This document shows, in pieces, positions 1 to 13,610 of a DNA stretch of 64,000 nt. Position 1 is the stretch's first letter. Each line of letters begins with the position of its first letter. Under the pieces are notes generated by a model, which searched no databases, was not told where the DNA came from, and saw nothing but the letters and a program-made list of their open reading frames with translations. The stretch is from contig NC_043008.1 of NCBI RefSeq assembly GCF_006345805.1, forward strand, positions 14,074,001 to 14,138,000. The letters are read 5' to 3'. The stretch is from Octopus sinensis. Its lineage: Eukaryota. Position numbers and translations under genes: made by a program.

Positions 1-204
1 ACTCTCCCTTTCTCTCTTCATATCATACGTTAGCTTCTTCCATCTATTTCCCCCTTTATTTTGCCCTCTCTCCCCCCAGTACTTCCCACTGTATTTTTCA
101 CCTAAAAATATTATTATTAATCTCAACACACTTTAGGCTTACTGAATAAGGAATAATAAATACAAAATATGAGAAAAAGCTAAAACGAGAGCAAAAACCA
201 ATAC

Positions 205-227
205 AAACAACAGCAACAATAAAAACT

Positions 228-264
<37 letters not shown>

Positions 265-359
265 TAGTAATAATAATAATAATTATGATGATGATGATGA
301 TGATAATAATAATAATAACAACAACAACAACAACAATGATAATAATAATAATTATTATT

Positions 360-393
<34 letters not shown>

Positions 394-457
394 CCACAAC
401 AACAACATCAAACACAACAACAACAACAACAACAACGACACTAATAATAATAATAAT

Positions 458-504
<47 letters not shown>

Positions 505-520
505 CAATAGTAATAATAAT
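205..520. repeat. Compound trinucleotide microsatellite (AAT)n/(GAT)n/(AAC)n
   Basis: Directly visible; source of the poly-I/M/T ORFs 98-532 and 285-584. Confidence 0.95.
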
Positions 521-854
521 ATATCCATACAAGCATATAACCAGAGTCCTTATCCAAATATTAAATTGGAAAATATACTATTGAGAAAATGTTGAAACAT
601 AATTAAATGGTAAACATTATGGAAGAATTGACTATCAACTAACTAGCAAGGGATATTCAACTGTTGTTCTTAAATTTTAATTTTTTTTTCTTGCAGGTAA
701 TTTTGGTTGTAGTGTTTGTCATTTGAGACCATATTTCTCTTATTAAAATTATAAATTATTTCTCTACAGGCTATAATGTTAAACATTATATTTTTCCAAT
801 GTGCTCAATAATTGATAGGAAGCCATACACTCACACACTCAAATATATACATAC

Positions 855-1195
<341 letters not shown>

Positions 1196-1384
1196 ATTTG
1201 CTTTTCATCGTGGGACACTATGTAGGTAATATGTAATGCTATAAAAGGTAGTATGCAAATGTTATATTCAAATTACATTTGGGATTAAATTCAATCTATT
1301 TCAAAAATGGCGGCCCTTGCCATTGTTGTATCTGTCTTTTGACGACTGTTGTCGCTCTGACAGATATTTTCTTCTCACTTTTAT

Positions 1385-1591
1385 TTCTCTTTTACTTGTT
1401 TCAGTCATTTGACTGCGGCCATACTGGAGCACCGCCTTTAGTCGAGCAAATCGTCCCCAGGACGTATTCTTTGAAGTCTAGTACTTATTCTATCGGTCTC
1501 TTTTGCCGAACCGCTAGATTACGGGCATGTAAACACACCAGCATCTGTTGTGAAGCGATGTTGGGGAGACAAACACAGGCACCCAAACATT

Positions 1592-1635
<44 letters not shown>

Positions 1636-1672
1636 CATAGACATTTCAGTTTCTGTCAATGAAATCTACTCA
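1385..1672 (-). mobile_element. SINE type A, mostly 3' half plus internal microsatellite
   Basis: Matches the reverse complement of the full copy at 4203-4632 (cttgtttcagtcatttgactgcggcca...gagcaccgcctttagtcgagca). Confidence 0.85.
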
Positions 1673-1711
1673 TAAGTAACGCTGTAATTATTAAGAGCCT
1701 TCTCTGATAAG

Positions 1712-1885
1712 TGGGATTTGGTGAATAAAGGAGTTTGATGATGCCACCCTCATTTGCACCTCCTGCCACGTGGTAGGTTCACCTGGGACTCTCGACACGA
1801 AGAGATCTAGCTTTGATTTGGAAATACTTACATCCACTTAGTGTAGGTCCCTCAAGCTGTTTGGGGGAATATTAAAAAACAGCTG
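1712..1885 (-). mobile_element. CR1-like LINE 3' end remnant
   Basis: Minus-strand translation QLFFNIPPNSLRDLH*VDVSISKSKLDLFVSRVPGEPTTWQEVQMRVASSNSFIHQ resembles the CR1-clade ORF2 C-terminus (LFN.LP..LR...F..KLD.F...VPDEP). Confidence 0.7.
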
Positions 1886-2529
1886 CTTTTATATAAATAT
1901 ATTAGCTATTGTTTTTTTTTTGTACATTAAATTATAATAAAAGCAAATTTTCATTAAACTAAAGGATAACATACTACTTTGTGTAGAGTTCATATTTATT
2001 ATTTTTTTAACAAGCATAATATTGAGATTCACATGAAATTTCTGACTGCTTATATTCAAATTCCTGTTGGATCTATATTGCCTGTGTTATGTTAAAATTT
2101 TCTGAGATAGGCGGAGCATTGTCGAATGATGTTTAGTTTGTAGGGTAGGTTGTGAAGGAAGATTTTTTATTGATTATATTTGGAGTTTGTAATCAAGAGT
2201 TTCTATTTTGGGGTGTGAACTTCAAGTCTTCAGGTCTATTTTTATTGGTTTACAAAAGAATGTATATTGGCGTAAAGGTTAGTAGGTCAACAGAAATATC
2301 ATTAGGACTGGATGTTGTTGATTTTGTTTCGTCAATAATAGAAGACATCTTCTTTCGAGGGAATGTGGAAGTTACACTTCAGAGTTCAATCCAGCATTTA
2401 AACATTTTGTAATAAGGTGCGTGTTTTTGAGACGTATAAGCTTTTATGTCAATACCCTTTTAAAGGGTCACAAAAGAGAGTAAAATAGATGAGAAACATC
2501 ATCAACAGATTGTTGTTGGTGATATTTTT

Positions 2530-2749
2530 GCTGGCAGAAACATTGGCACACCGGGCGAAGGGCTTAGCGATATTTCGTCTGCCGTTACGTTCTGAGTTCA
2601 AATTCCACCGATGTCGACTTTGCCTTCCATCCTTTAGACGTGGATTAATTAAGTTACACGCTGGGGTCGACGTTATCGACTTAATACCTTTCTGTTCTTG
2701 CTTGTCCCTTCTATGTTTACTCCCCCCCCCTGTGTGCAATACAGAAATA
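2530..2749 (+). mobile_element. SINE type B monomer
   Basis: gctggcagaa...gttctgagttcaaattcc...gtcgactttgcctt; homologous to 18630-18862. Confidence 0.85.
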
Positions 2750-3184
2750 TATATTTACGAGGTTTAATCTTGTTCTTCTGGAGAAGGTTAAAGTTGCAAG
2801 TCAATATTGTAATATTTCGTAATTTAGCTCATTGTTTTCTGAGTATAGGAATTTTATTTATGTTGTTTAACGTTCACAAAATGACGTAGGTAGCTGTAAA
2901 GTTTAGTTGGTCAACAGAATTCTGCCTATGAATTAATTTTTCAGGATATTATTTTCTTACTATTTCCATAATTTTAGGGAGGTCAAGTTGTGACCTACAA
3001 CTTTTTTTTATATTTACACTATTCAGTTTCAAGCTTGGGTGTTATAATATGTTATTTGGGACTTATGATAATAGATAAACGTGGGGCATTATACAAATGT
3101 GTGCATAAAGTTATGTACAAAGATAATGCCCAAAAGCGCACACAACACACACAAATACACATAGACATATACATAAATATACAA

Positions 3185-3330
3185 CTGGCTTTCACACAGT
3201 TTTCTTCTCAACCAATTTCATTCACAAGGCAATTCCTGGTGCAGGGCTATATTAGAAGACATTTGCCCAAGTTGCCACACGAGACGCGAAGCTTTGTCTT
3301 TGCAAAGCGATATTCTCAACCGTACAGCTA
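3185..3330 (-). mobile_element. Degenerate SINE type A head/core fragment
   Basis: cacaagg...gggctatattagaagacatttgcccaag resembles the type A core. Confidence 0.5.
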
Positions 3331-3368
3331 TGTCTGCATATATCTATTATATAGAGTGTTATTTAAAA

Positions 3369-3444
<76 letters not shown>

Positions 3445-3514
3445 GGAGTAAACACATAAATGTGAAACAAGGTGGAAAAAAGAGTACTCAAAGCAGCAGA
3501 AAATTCAACAAAAT

Positions 3515-3552
3515 CTGTTACTCTGAGTTTCTCGTTGCCGTTCATCAGACAG
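3515..3552 (-). ncRNA. Minimal type I hammerhead ribozyme motif
   Basis: Reverse complement of the motif at 3828-3865. Confidence 0.65.
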
Positions 3553-3827
3553 TTTTTGCTAGAATGGAACTTATATATCAATTCAATCTATACTCTTACA
3601 AACGCTACGCCTTTAAAAAGAAATGGACTTGTTTGATTTCCTCGGATTTTATAATTTTTATAAGTTTTTTTATATATATATACATATATTTTTGACTTTT
3701 TTGTTTATCGCTCGAAGATTGACCGTTTTTTCTAAAGGGCCAATCAAACAAGTCCATTTCTTTTTAAAGGTGTAGCGTTTCTAAGAGTATAGATTGAATT
3801 GATATATAAGTTCCATTCTAGCAAAAA

Positions 3828-3865
3828 CTGTCTGATGAACGGCAACGAGAAACTCAGAGTAACAG
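3828..3865 (+). ncRNA. Minimal type I hammerhead ribozyme motif
   Basis: CTGT-CTGATGA-ACG GCAA CGA-GAA-ACTC A GAGT-A-ACAG: stem I CTGT/ACAG, intact core, stem III ACTC/GAGT, cleavage triplet GUA; A.A mismatch at the base of stem II. Confidence 0.7.
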
Positions 3866-3897
3866 ATTTTGTTGAATTTTCTGCTGCTTAAAATAAA

Positions 3898-3974
<77 letters not shown>

Positions 3975-4158
3975 TATATTATATATATATATATATTATA
4001 TATATATATATTAAACAGACGCGCACACACATACTTAATTACTTGCATGCATATATATGCCTTAAGTCACCTATGTTCGTATACGGGTAAATGTGAACGA
4101 GTTTTCCTAGTATACCGTCTCAAATATACGTGTGTGAGTGTATTGCCGTAGTTTGCTA

Positions 4159-4202
<44 letters not shown>

Positions 4203-4365
4203 GCAGGAGTGGCTGCGTGGTAAGTAGCTTCTTTACCAACCACATAGTACCGTGTTCAGTACCACTGCGTGGCACCCTGGGCAAGTGTCTTCTACTATAG
4301 CCTCGGGCCGACCAGAGCCTTGTGAGTGGATTTGGTAGACGGAAACTGAAAAGAAGCCCGTCGTA

Positions 4366-4422
<57 letters not shown>

Positions 4423-4632
4423 CTGTGTTTGTCCCCCTCGCATTGCTTGACAACCGATGCTGGTGTGTTTATGTCCCCGTTACTTAGCGGTTCGGCAAAA
4501 GAGACTGATAGAATAAGTACTGGGCTTACAAAAGAATAAGTCCCGGGGTCGAGTTGCTCGATTAAAGGCGGTGCTCCAGCATGGCCGCAGTCAAATGACT
4601 GAAACAAGTAAAAGAGTAAAAGAGTAAGAGTA
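4203..4632 (+). mobile_element. SINE type A, full length (tRNA-like head, core, internal (TA)n/(TG)n, 3' module, aaagagt tail)
   Basis: A-box-like tggctgcgtggt and B-box-like gtgttcagtacc in the head; about 12 homologues in the window. Confidence 0.9.
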
Positions 4633-5789
4633 ATATAAACTCATGTAGATTTAATGATAATAATAATTTCTGTTGCTCTTATATGATATCATTAAGTTTG
4701 GAAAATTATTGCATGCTCCCCCAGGAAATACTTACAACAGTAGGAATAATGTCATTTGTGTAATATCTCATAAATTCAGTGTTTCAACTGTAATCATATA
4801 ATAGTCATTTAAGTGCAAACCATAGATCTGAATTCTTTTAAACATCCTTTAATGAATCCTATTTTGTTTCCTTTGTCTGTAGTTCTGATCAACGCCGATA
4901 TATTGGAGATATGATTGCGATATACCAATATTTCGATCTTCTGGCGAGTGGAAAGAACTCACGGAATTTCCGTTCCTGCACCCATTTTTCGGACAAAGCC
5001 TCTATCTGAGGCGTTGAATGAATGGATATGCATAATAAGGATTGCACTGAATATAAAGTATCAGGTAGAATATATATCCACTAGGAATTAGAATGGTGTT
5101 TATTGTTTAGTTCTAACATTATGATTATCCATGTTTGATACGATTAAAGGGAATTGCTAAGTTATTCTCCTTAAAAGCCTTCAGTTTGAAGGCTTTCAAA
5201 TTTTTCGATCTGAGTAGACATATCCAGATAAATCGAAAATATTAAATAACGTAGTCGAGCAAGATGTGGCTGTGACGATGAAATGTCTCAACAAAACCCA
5301 AAACACACAAATGGAATATTCATACAATCATATTTTTCATTTGCTGTTCATGAATGTATAGTGTTCCAGCTGCTAAAGAATCGCACAGATCGGGTGATCT
5401 GTTTATTCTCTTTAACATAAAACCAATATGGCTGTTAAAAGCAACATATTTATTGTCTATCACAGAATATGGAATGTTTTGTGTCCGAAGATATCAATTT
5501 TATAATGTCAACGCTGTAAAGAGCCTGTGAAGTCCTACGAGCTTTCTCTAGGCATCAGATGTTTCATTTACTGTAAAAGTATTTATATGTCCAAGAAGAC
5601 ATAACCATTTATAACAGAACTGTCTTCGTTTTGTGTCCAGATTAGCTTCTTTTTGTTAGGTAAACGAGGGCATGTTCTCTTATGGTTCTTAAAAATTGAG
5701 AATATAAATGGAAGAAAGATTCATAAACTAAGCGTTACATATGGATATCAGTTGAGTACCGCTCATGCACCATCCTATTTGAATGAGAG

Positions 5790-6106
5790 ACACCCACTTC
5801 GGTCACGACACAGACCATGGGATTGCATCTAGAAAGTTACCCTCCCAAGCACAAGTCTGGGTAAGGTTGTTTATGGAAGACCAGCAGTTGCCCATGCATA
5901 CCGGCCTCCCCTTCTCCATGCCACCAGTATTATCCAAGGGAAAGGCAGCAGCAGTTACAGCTTGGCACCCGTGACGCCACAACTCATTTCTACAGCCGAG
6001 TGAACTGGAGCAACGTGAAATAAAGTGTCTTGCTCAAGAACACAACACGCAGCCCGGTCCGGGATTCGAGCTCACAACCTCTAACCACTGAGCCATGCGC
6101 CTTCAC
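5790..6106 (-). mobile_element. SINE type C (tRNA head plus CORE-like central block), tail variant 1
   Basis: Head gtgaaggcgcatggctcagtggttag and central tgttcttgagcaagacactttatttcacgttgctccag shared with 46554-46860. Confidence 0.85.
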
Positions 6107-7494
6107 AATTGAATATAACTGCAGATTTTACATATATTCTGATTATCAGGAGCAAACAACATTTTCAAAGGTCAAACTGCTTTACTATGGTAGAATTTAG
6201 TGGCCACCTCATTGCGACACATTTATTAGTTCTGAATTCATGGAAGAATTTAATATGAAACGATAAAAATTTTCGAAAATATATGCCCCGTTTAGCGTAT
6301 TATTTTTGATGAATTACAACCGAGTTTGCTATGAACAAACATGTCTCTGTTCGTTTATGTGTGGAGGGGGTACATATATACGTGTGTTTGTGCTTGTATA
6401 ATTGGATATGTCTGTGTGCAACTAGAAGGTAGGGAGTGTGTTTTCAGCAACAATCGCCTGCGCTAATGCAGCATAACAGACCTGTTTATCAATAATAGTT
6501 GCGTCGCATTCTTCACCCACGATGCCAACTACTTCTCAATTCTCCACTCAATTCTCCACAGCATAAAATCTGTAAAACTGCTATATCATGCGATAATATA
6601 TACCTTGAATAATCATCATAATTCAAACAAACGTCTTTATCTCACACAATAATGTGTGGAATAAACAAATATTTATTTTTAAAATATTTCACCTGTGAAT
6701 ATATGAAAACTTGCTTCATGAATAGCATTATCTAAGGTTTAAATACCATTTATATATGACAATATAATCATTTGAATTCAAGTGAGCCATTCTAGGAAGT
6801 ATTTTAGGCAGAATATATTAGGTATTTATCAGCCATTTTAACTATTTATTGTTTTCTATGCTATTATTATATATTCTGCATTTCATAAATATGCATCTAT
6901 TCTCGTTTTCATCAGTTTTCTTCCATTTACCGATTTTAAATATTTTATATCATATTTTTTTATTAGGTTGTTTATCATGCATAGTTATCAATGATATATA
7001 TTGAATTGAAAAGAAAATAACCATACAGCAATCAAACAGAGCTCTATTGTCAGCCTGCTCCTCTTAAAATGCACTCGTCTGTTACAAATGTTCTACATAC
7101 AAAGAGACACACAACTGCATAAAGATCTGTTCGTAAACAGATAGATACACACAAACTATGATAATCTGTGAGGCAATTTAAATATTCACATGTTCAGCTT
7201 CTCGAAGAAAATCCTCATAAAACGATTTTATTCCCAGTCAATAGGTTTATAAAATCTTTGTCAATTTCTAGATGTACAAATATTATTTCAATAACAATTG
7301 AACAATTGCATTGTTATATTAACGCCACACAGGGATCCATTTTATATGTATTTATGTCTAATTTACTGTAAAGACTCTATTATCCTCCATTTTTCTGTGG
7401 ATGTAACATTTTATAATAATGAATATTTTCACTTGTGATTTTCTAATTAGTATTTCCTTCAAGCAATATTTTATACATTTTCATCTTTTTTTAG

Positions 7495-7915
7495 TTTTTG
7501 TATCATTAACAGTGGTTGTGCTGCAGCACTTATTGGAAGAGTTTACCCGAAAAAGTAGATCCTAGTTCTAAGCCTACTATTTATTCTATCGGTGTATTTT
7601 GGTCGAAATGCTGGACTACAAGGACGTAACAAACCAACACCGGCTGCTAAGAGATGGGAGACACAAACACAATGTGTTACACAGATAGCACACTCACATA
7701 TACACACATACACGCACATACCCACACCAAACACGTGTATATGTGTGTAAGCACCTGTATAAATATACGATGGCCTTCCACACATTTTCCCCCCTCTACC
7801 ATATTCACTCACAATGCATTGGACGGCCCAGGGATACAGTAGAAGACACTTTCCCAAAGCGTTACGTAGTGGGACTGAATCCGAAATCACACGATTCCAA
7901 GGCGAGCTTCTTCTT
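7495..7915 (-). mobile_element. Divergent SINE type A
   Basis: Degenerate matches to both halves (tatttattctatcgg; gtagaagacactttcccaa; gtgggactgaatcc). Confidence 0.7.
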
Positions 7916-9479
7916 TCATTATGATGTCAAGATTCAAACTCCATCCTCATCAATCGATTAGTGCCTGTAAAGAAAGGTGTAAAACAACATTCCAGATGCT
8001 TTTATACTTCGCATTCACTAGTAAGTACTCAGTTCCTCCTAACGAAACATAACATGCAAACATATGCATAACGAATTACTCCAATTAGAGTATTCATGGA
8101 GGATCCCTCTTTTCTTAAATTAAGTTCTATTCTGCTTTCACTAATATACCACTGTGATAAAATTATTTGCTCAAAGTTGTGCTAAAGATGTTTGAGCAAA
8201 GAATACTCCTCCTGATGTTGATTTTGCTCTCGCTTGCTTCTCTTTTATAAATGTCCCAGTACCACTACTCAGCTATGAACACTATTGAGTGTGCAAATTA
8301 TAATTTCCTGCATCCTCAAGTTTTCGTTCAGTCAATCGTTCTGGTCTCTTGCAAAATGTATTTCTAACAATTGTGCAGAAAACGTTTCCCTTGCTCGTTT
8401 TAACTTCTTAACCAGTAGACCCCACCTTCTGTATGCTTTCACCTTTGCTGATTTGAATGTAACTCCGCGTTACGCATTCTAAATATAACGGTTCCCAATC
8501 TAAAACCTTGCTCACCCTGTATACACACAGACTGGAAATTCTCCCTGTTGCTCTAAACAATTACACTCCGCCACTTTTTCGATGCTCCCTTACTTACACG
8601 ATATTGCACATTTATAGGTTTGTTTGTAGTAACCACACAATGCATTTAGTAAGAACTGTTTTTTCTAGTAAACGTTTTGTTAAACGCGGAATTATTCGAT
8701 TAACCTGTTTTATGAGATTAAATATTCCAATCTCTTCCATGTACATCAATAACAATGACATCCATATTCGATTAGACGATGATAAGTCTAAAAAACATAT
8801 TATGCACTCTATTATCTCATAGAACTTCACATACCTGCACAATAACCTACTGTTATTTTTCAACGCATGCAATTTCAGTATATAAAGTCATAATTTAGAA
8901 CAAAGATGACAGCAAATACACCCGGGCACACACACACAAATACAAACATACACACATATACACACGCACAAAGACACTCACGAACACATATATACATATA
9001 TATATATTTGTGTATAATATGTATGTGTCCCTGATGAATGTTACATATGTACGTGCTTATGAATATATATAAGGAGCCTGCAGCGGTTACGTTTATGCTT
9101 TGGTGCACTGTGATTGATCCTTCTCGATACATCTTAATGATCCTGTATCAATGAATAGCAATACAGTGTTGCACTAATGTCTCTTATTCATTTCTCATCT
9201 GCATATTTCTTACATGTCACGAAAAGCCAGTTCTCACCCCTGCCTCAACTAACCAATCTTTTAGTTCTATAATTCTGTTCTCAGCTCTTTCGCACCGAAT
9301 CTCCTTTTCAATTTAAAATTATATCCTAAACTAAATTGATTCAACTAATTAGTATCTAATTACCGATTTGGATTATTACTCTTCTCATCTCCTTCTCATT
9401 TCATTTACCGGTAATGCATTCCCCCCAAATTCCCCTCTCCTCATTGCAATCGTATACCCTGGTCATCTTGTTATCAATA

Positions 9480-9795
9480 GCTACCCATTATCATTAATTA
9501 AGAACCCTAATTAACACAACCTGCTAACCGCCTCCAACAAACATCGTTACAATGCATGCTTTCAGCTCTTAACTGATAAAACTATTAATATTACCCGCTC
9601 CAAATTGAAATTCAATGTGAATGCATCTGGATTCTTAAGACTGCTTTCACTATTCATAGCATCACACGAACAATATTAATTTCCTGCTTACCACGTATGT
9701 TATTTTCCTGGACATTAACTTTTGTCAACATTCCCGAACATAATCTGGATCCAGAGATTTAATTTCCTTCCATAAAAGGAAACAAAGGGATTATG
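9480..9795 (+). mobile_element. Possible degenerate LINE 3' end remnant
   Basis: Weak, interrupted resemblance to the CR1/L2-type C-terminal TA.LWNSLP..FP region; not alignable with certainty by eye. Confidence 0.3.
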
Positions 9796-10570
9796 GCATT
9801 GGCAAATAATTATAACAACATAAAATATCTCCTGTCCTTCCAGCTTTCTCTTGTACCTTCTTCAATCCTCTCTTTCTTCCGTTCTAATGCCATATCTTTT
9901 ATATATCTTTTCTTTTCAGTTCCTTCTTCTCTATCATTCTCTATCATTCCATCATTCCTCTGTATTCCCATTCAATCACTTTCTGACTATGCCCCAACCC
10001 TGACGTTATATCGTTATATTGAGTACCCGTGTCTCATTTTCAATATCTCTATTATGTTCATTATAGTATTTCATCAGTTCAATTGGTGAATTGAAAAATA
10101 TATTCGTAAATAAATACACTGTCTGATATCAAGTTTCAAGATTCATTACATGTTCTTACTCTTCAAATTTCTCAGGTTTCGAACTCCACCTGTAGTTTAT
10201 ATAACAATTCTCAAGCGGGACTTTGCAGTCATCAATAGGAGCCACTGCGAATATAATTGTAAATGCATAGGTTATGACTTCATTGACGAATATAATAAAC
10301 AGCACACACAAATACAAACACATATTTACATACACACGCACACTCACATAAACACAAATACTCACAGAGACAGACAGACAGACAAAAAGACATAGTGGGA
10401 AGCCGAGACAGCGCAGTCACGTTCTTTCAAAGTATAATAGATATTTACTCTTCAAAAAGTATCGCGTAATTCTTCAGTTTATATAAATAGATAGATAGAT
10501 AGATTACATTATATATACATATATATATATACATACATATATATATATATACATACATATGTGAATATAT

Positions 10571-10618
<48 letters not shown>

Positions 10619-10790
10619 GAGAGAGAGAGAGCCATACATATATGTATGCATACATACACATCAATATATATATACACAAATATATACATACATGCATGCA
10701 TATGCGCATATGCGCATAAGCGTACATTTATTTTTAAAGCATACATACATACGTATGCGTGTATTTATTTTTAACACTTCTTGTGTGCAG

Positions 10791-10922
10791 TAGAACGTGA
10801 AAGGCATTCGATAAAAGATTTTGATTCCAAGACACATTTCCCTCTTGATATTGTGTGCCAAAGCACATCAATTCGAGAGCTTGAAGTGATGCAAGCAAAC
10901 TACTGGACATGGCGTTTGAATG
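10791..10922 (+). CDS. Candidate internal exon (132 nt, phase 1-1), unidentified protein
   Basis: Acceptor ttaacacttcttgtgtgcag, donor G|gtatct (weak), stop-free ERERHSIKDFDSKTHFPLDIVCQSTSIRELEVMQANYWTWRLN, unique sequence between microsatellites. Confidence 0.35.
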
Positions 10923-10999
10923 GTATCTCACTTCCTTAGGTAGACACTGAGTCGGTCATTTGGACCTAAACGAGAACTTCGCTATATATATACATATAC

Positions 11000-11056
<57 letters not shown>

Positions 11057-11100
11057 ATATTCATATATATATATATATATTATATATATATATATATATG

Positions 11101-11150
<50 letters not shown>

Positions 11151-11685
11151 GAAAAGAGCAAACATTATATTTGCTGGTGCAAAGCAACAAGGTTAAAAAT
11201 AAAATTTTGAACATTCCTTTTTTCATATACTTCTGAACACCTCATTGAGTTTAATACACAAAGTCTACTGAGGGAAAACTTTCTGAAAGACAAAATCCTG
11301 AAGTGGATACCATCCTTTTTCTAGTGTACAGGCGCATGTTAAAAGCAGATATACCGACTCTTCGTTTGGCAATAGCCACCTTCTGTGTTTAGACTGCAGT
11401 AATTTTAGTTGGGCAAGCATCACTTCACATTTGCATAATTATTGTTTCCTGTTAGCTTTATATACATATTAATTCTGTTTTAGTTTCGAGTTATAAATCT
11501 AGAGTCTGTAGCTACATCAGCAATTTAGCCCCATTGGATAATCTGGAAAAATTGAACAGTAATATTCAGGGATCTTTTGGGGGATGCTGAAACGGAAAAT
11601 ATTAATAAACCGCGTCACCTGATGGAGCCGATAGTAAATACTGAGACGTTGTAGTTTATTACATGATATTTAATACTCAAATATA

Positions 11686-11807
11686 CGCACGTGGATATTT
11701 GGTAAGTTTGCTTCTCAAGCATATGATTCCGGGGTCAGTCTACTGCGTTGCATATTGGGCAAGTGCCTTCTACTATAGCCTCGTGAATGGATTTCTGTCT
11801 ACCAAAT

Positions 11808-11873
<66 letters not shown>

Positions 11874-11951
11874 CTTCTTTCCGTTTCCGTCTACCAAATC
11901 CATATATATATATATATATACAGCTTCTTTCCGTTTCCGTCTACCAAATCC
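11686..11951 (+). mobile_element. SINE type A head with rearranged (inverted, repeated) core
   Basis: Head/core on +, followed by reverse-complement copies of ggatttggtagacggaaac separated by (TA)n. Confidence 0.75.
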
Positions 11952-11977
11952 ATTAGTGTTAGTAGTGGGAACATATA

Positions 11978-12356
11978 TAGTGTTAGTATTGGGAACTCAT
12001 ATGCGGAATTTTCGTAAATTAATATATATATATGTATGCATGTATGTATGTATGTATGTATGTATGTATGTATGTATGTATGTATGTATGTATGTATGTA
12101 TGAATGTATGTATGTATGTATATGAGCGTGTCTGTATGCATATGTGCGTACTAATTCCATTTTCTTCCTCAGAAGTTCGGTTGAATTTTTGTGCTATCTG
12201 AAATTATTCTTTTATTTCTTCATCTATATATATATATTCATAAGTGTATGCGTGAGTGTGTTTGTGTTTGTGTTTGTGTATGCGCATACATACGTATATA
12301 TACATATGGATATATAAATAAATAAATATATATATATAATACATGGATACATATAT

Positions 12357-12387
<31 letters not shown>

Positions 12388-12701
12388 CATGATATATATA
12401 CACACATATGAATGTATATATATCTATATATGTATGTATGTGTGTGTATATGTTATTTTGTTATTTCTGGATACGTATATATGCATATCAATATATGAAT
12501 ATTTATATTATGATAACGTCATATACGATAATATAAACGAATATTGGAAATTATCGAAAACTTTTTAAATGATTTACATTTTGCAGCAGTCATTACTTAG
12601 CCGTAATACCACTGTCACAATACATTTGGCATTATGCATTTTAAACATTTCCATTTGAATTGGATGAGAATTGCGCATATGTGTTCCCAATACTAACACT
12701 A
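11978..12701. mobile_element. MITE-like element with 36-bp imperfect TIRs and microsatellite interior
   Basis: tagtgttagtattgggaactcatatgcggaattttc (11978-12013) vs reverse complement of 12666-12701, 33/36 identical; TA at both ends. Confidence 0.65.
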
Positions 12702-13389
12702 AAATTCTATTTATTTTAAAGCTATATGTACTATCCATTATCGTTTTGGAAATATGAGAAATGCATCTCCATTTTGCGCAAACTCACACTGCAAACTGTG
12801 CTATCAATCAACTAATTAGAAAATGTAATCCTAATGTTGCAACGACGTCAGCAAAATGGAACTTTATTAATATTTTAACAAGTAAAATGCTGCAATTTCA
12901 AAATGTATTGATACAGTGATATATTTATTTACATTCATTAAATTTTCAAAGCCTACTCTGACTAAATGTAGCTATACAATATGTTATTAATATTCCTGCG
13001 CGTGTTCATTTACTATGAATTTATGAAGCTAGATTAAAAAGTACAGGCTTTTGAATATATAACGTGCAGCCTTGCAACATATTCACAAATGGGAGTGTTA
13101 CTTAACATAACTCGTATCTCCACAAAATACATCCTATACTGAACACCGTTTTATTTAAATTGAATTATTCAAGCACATTCAGTTCTTCTACAGTATTCGC
13201 TTAGCATGCGTTATATTTTCCTGAAATAAATTAAGATACTTTTAATAACAAAATGTCTTCTCCATTTTTCTATTTATATAATTTGGTTGTATGCAATCAA
13301 GGAAAAGCTGCTCTCTTCTTATTTGAAACACTTATATTTACATAGCATTGAGTATTATTTTCCATGCGCTTATTCATTGATAGATGTTT

Positions 13390-13610
13390 ACCAGTTATCA
13401 CTTGCTTCGGTCATTTGACTGCAGCCATGTTGGATCACCACCTTGAAGGGTTTTAGTCGAACAAATCGACCCCTAGGATGTACTTTTGTGAACCTAGTAA
13501 TTATTATGTCGGATGGTTTTGGCGAATTGCTAAATGATGGAGATATAAACACATCTGAACTGGCTTTCAAGCAAAGGGGGAAACACTGACACAAAAACAC
13601 ACACATACAT
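13390..13610 (-). mobile_element. SINE type A 3' half, divergent
   Basis: cggtcatttgactgcagccatgttgga...ttagtcgaacaaatcgacccc. Confidence 0.75.

Larger units (their letters stand above)
3443..3898. mobile_element. Fold-back hammerhead-bearing repeat (probable Penelope-like terminal-repeat derivative) embedded in (TA)n
   Basis: Inverted arms 3491-3638 and 3742-3889 (146/148 identical); same family as 53551-53966; (TA)n on both sides. Confidence 0.8.

Noticed and set aside
2050-3070. Possible minus-strand retroelement N-terminal remnant (DLKFTP) around the type B SINE
   Set aside because: Too many stops and only one short motif.
4203-4275. tRNA genes in SINE heads (also 6040-6106, 46554-46630, 59863-59925)
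   Set aside because: A/B-box-like motifs are present but the acceptor and anticodon stems do not pair fully, and each continues into a repeat body.
10801-10817. 17-mer aaggcattcgataaaag shared with 39974-39990, readable as RT motif KAFD
   Set aside because: At 39.98 kb it is the transposase EGIR*KS frame; the flanks do not align, so it is treated as coincidence.
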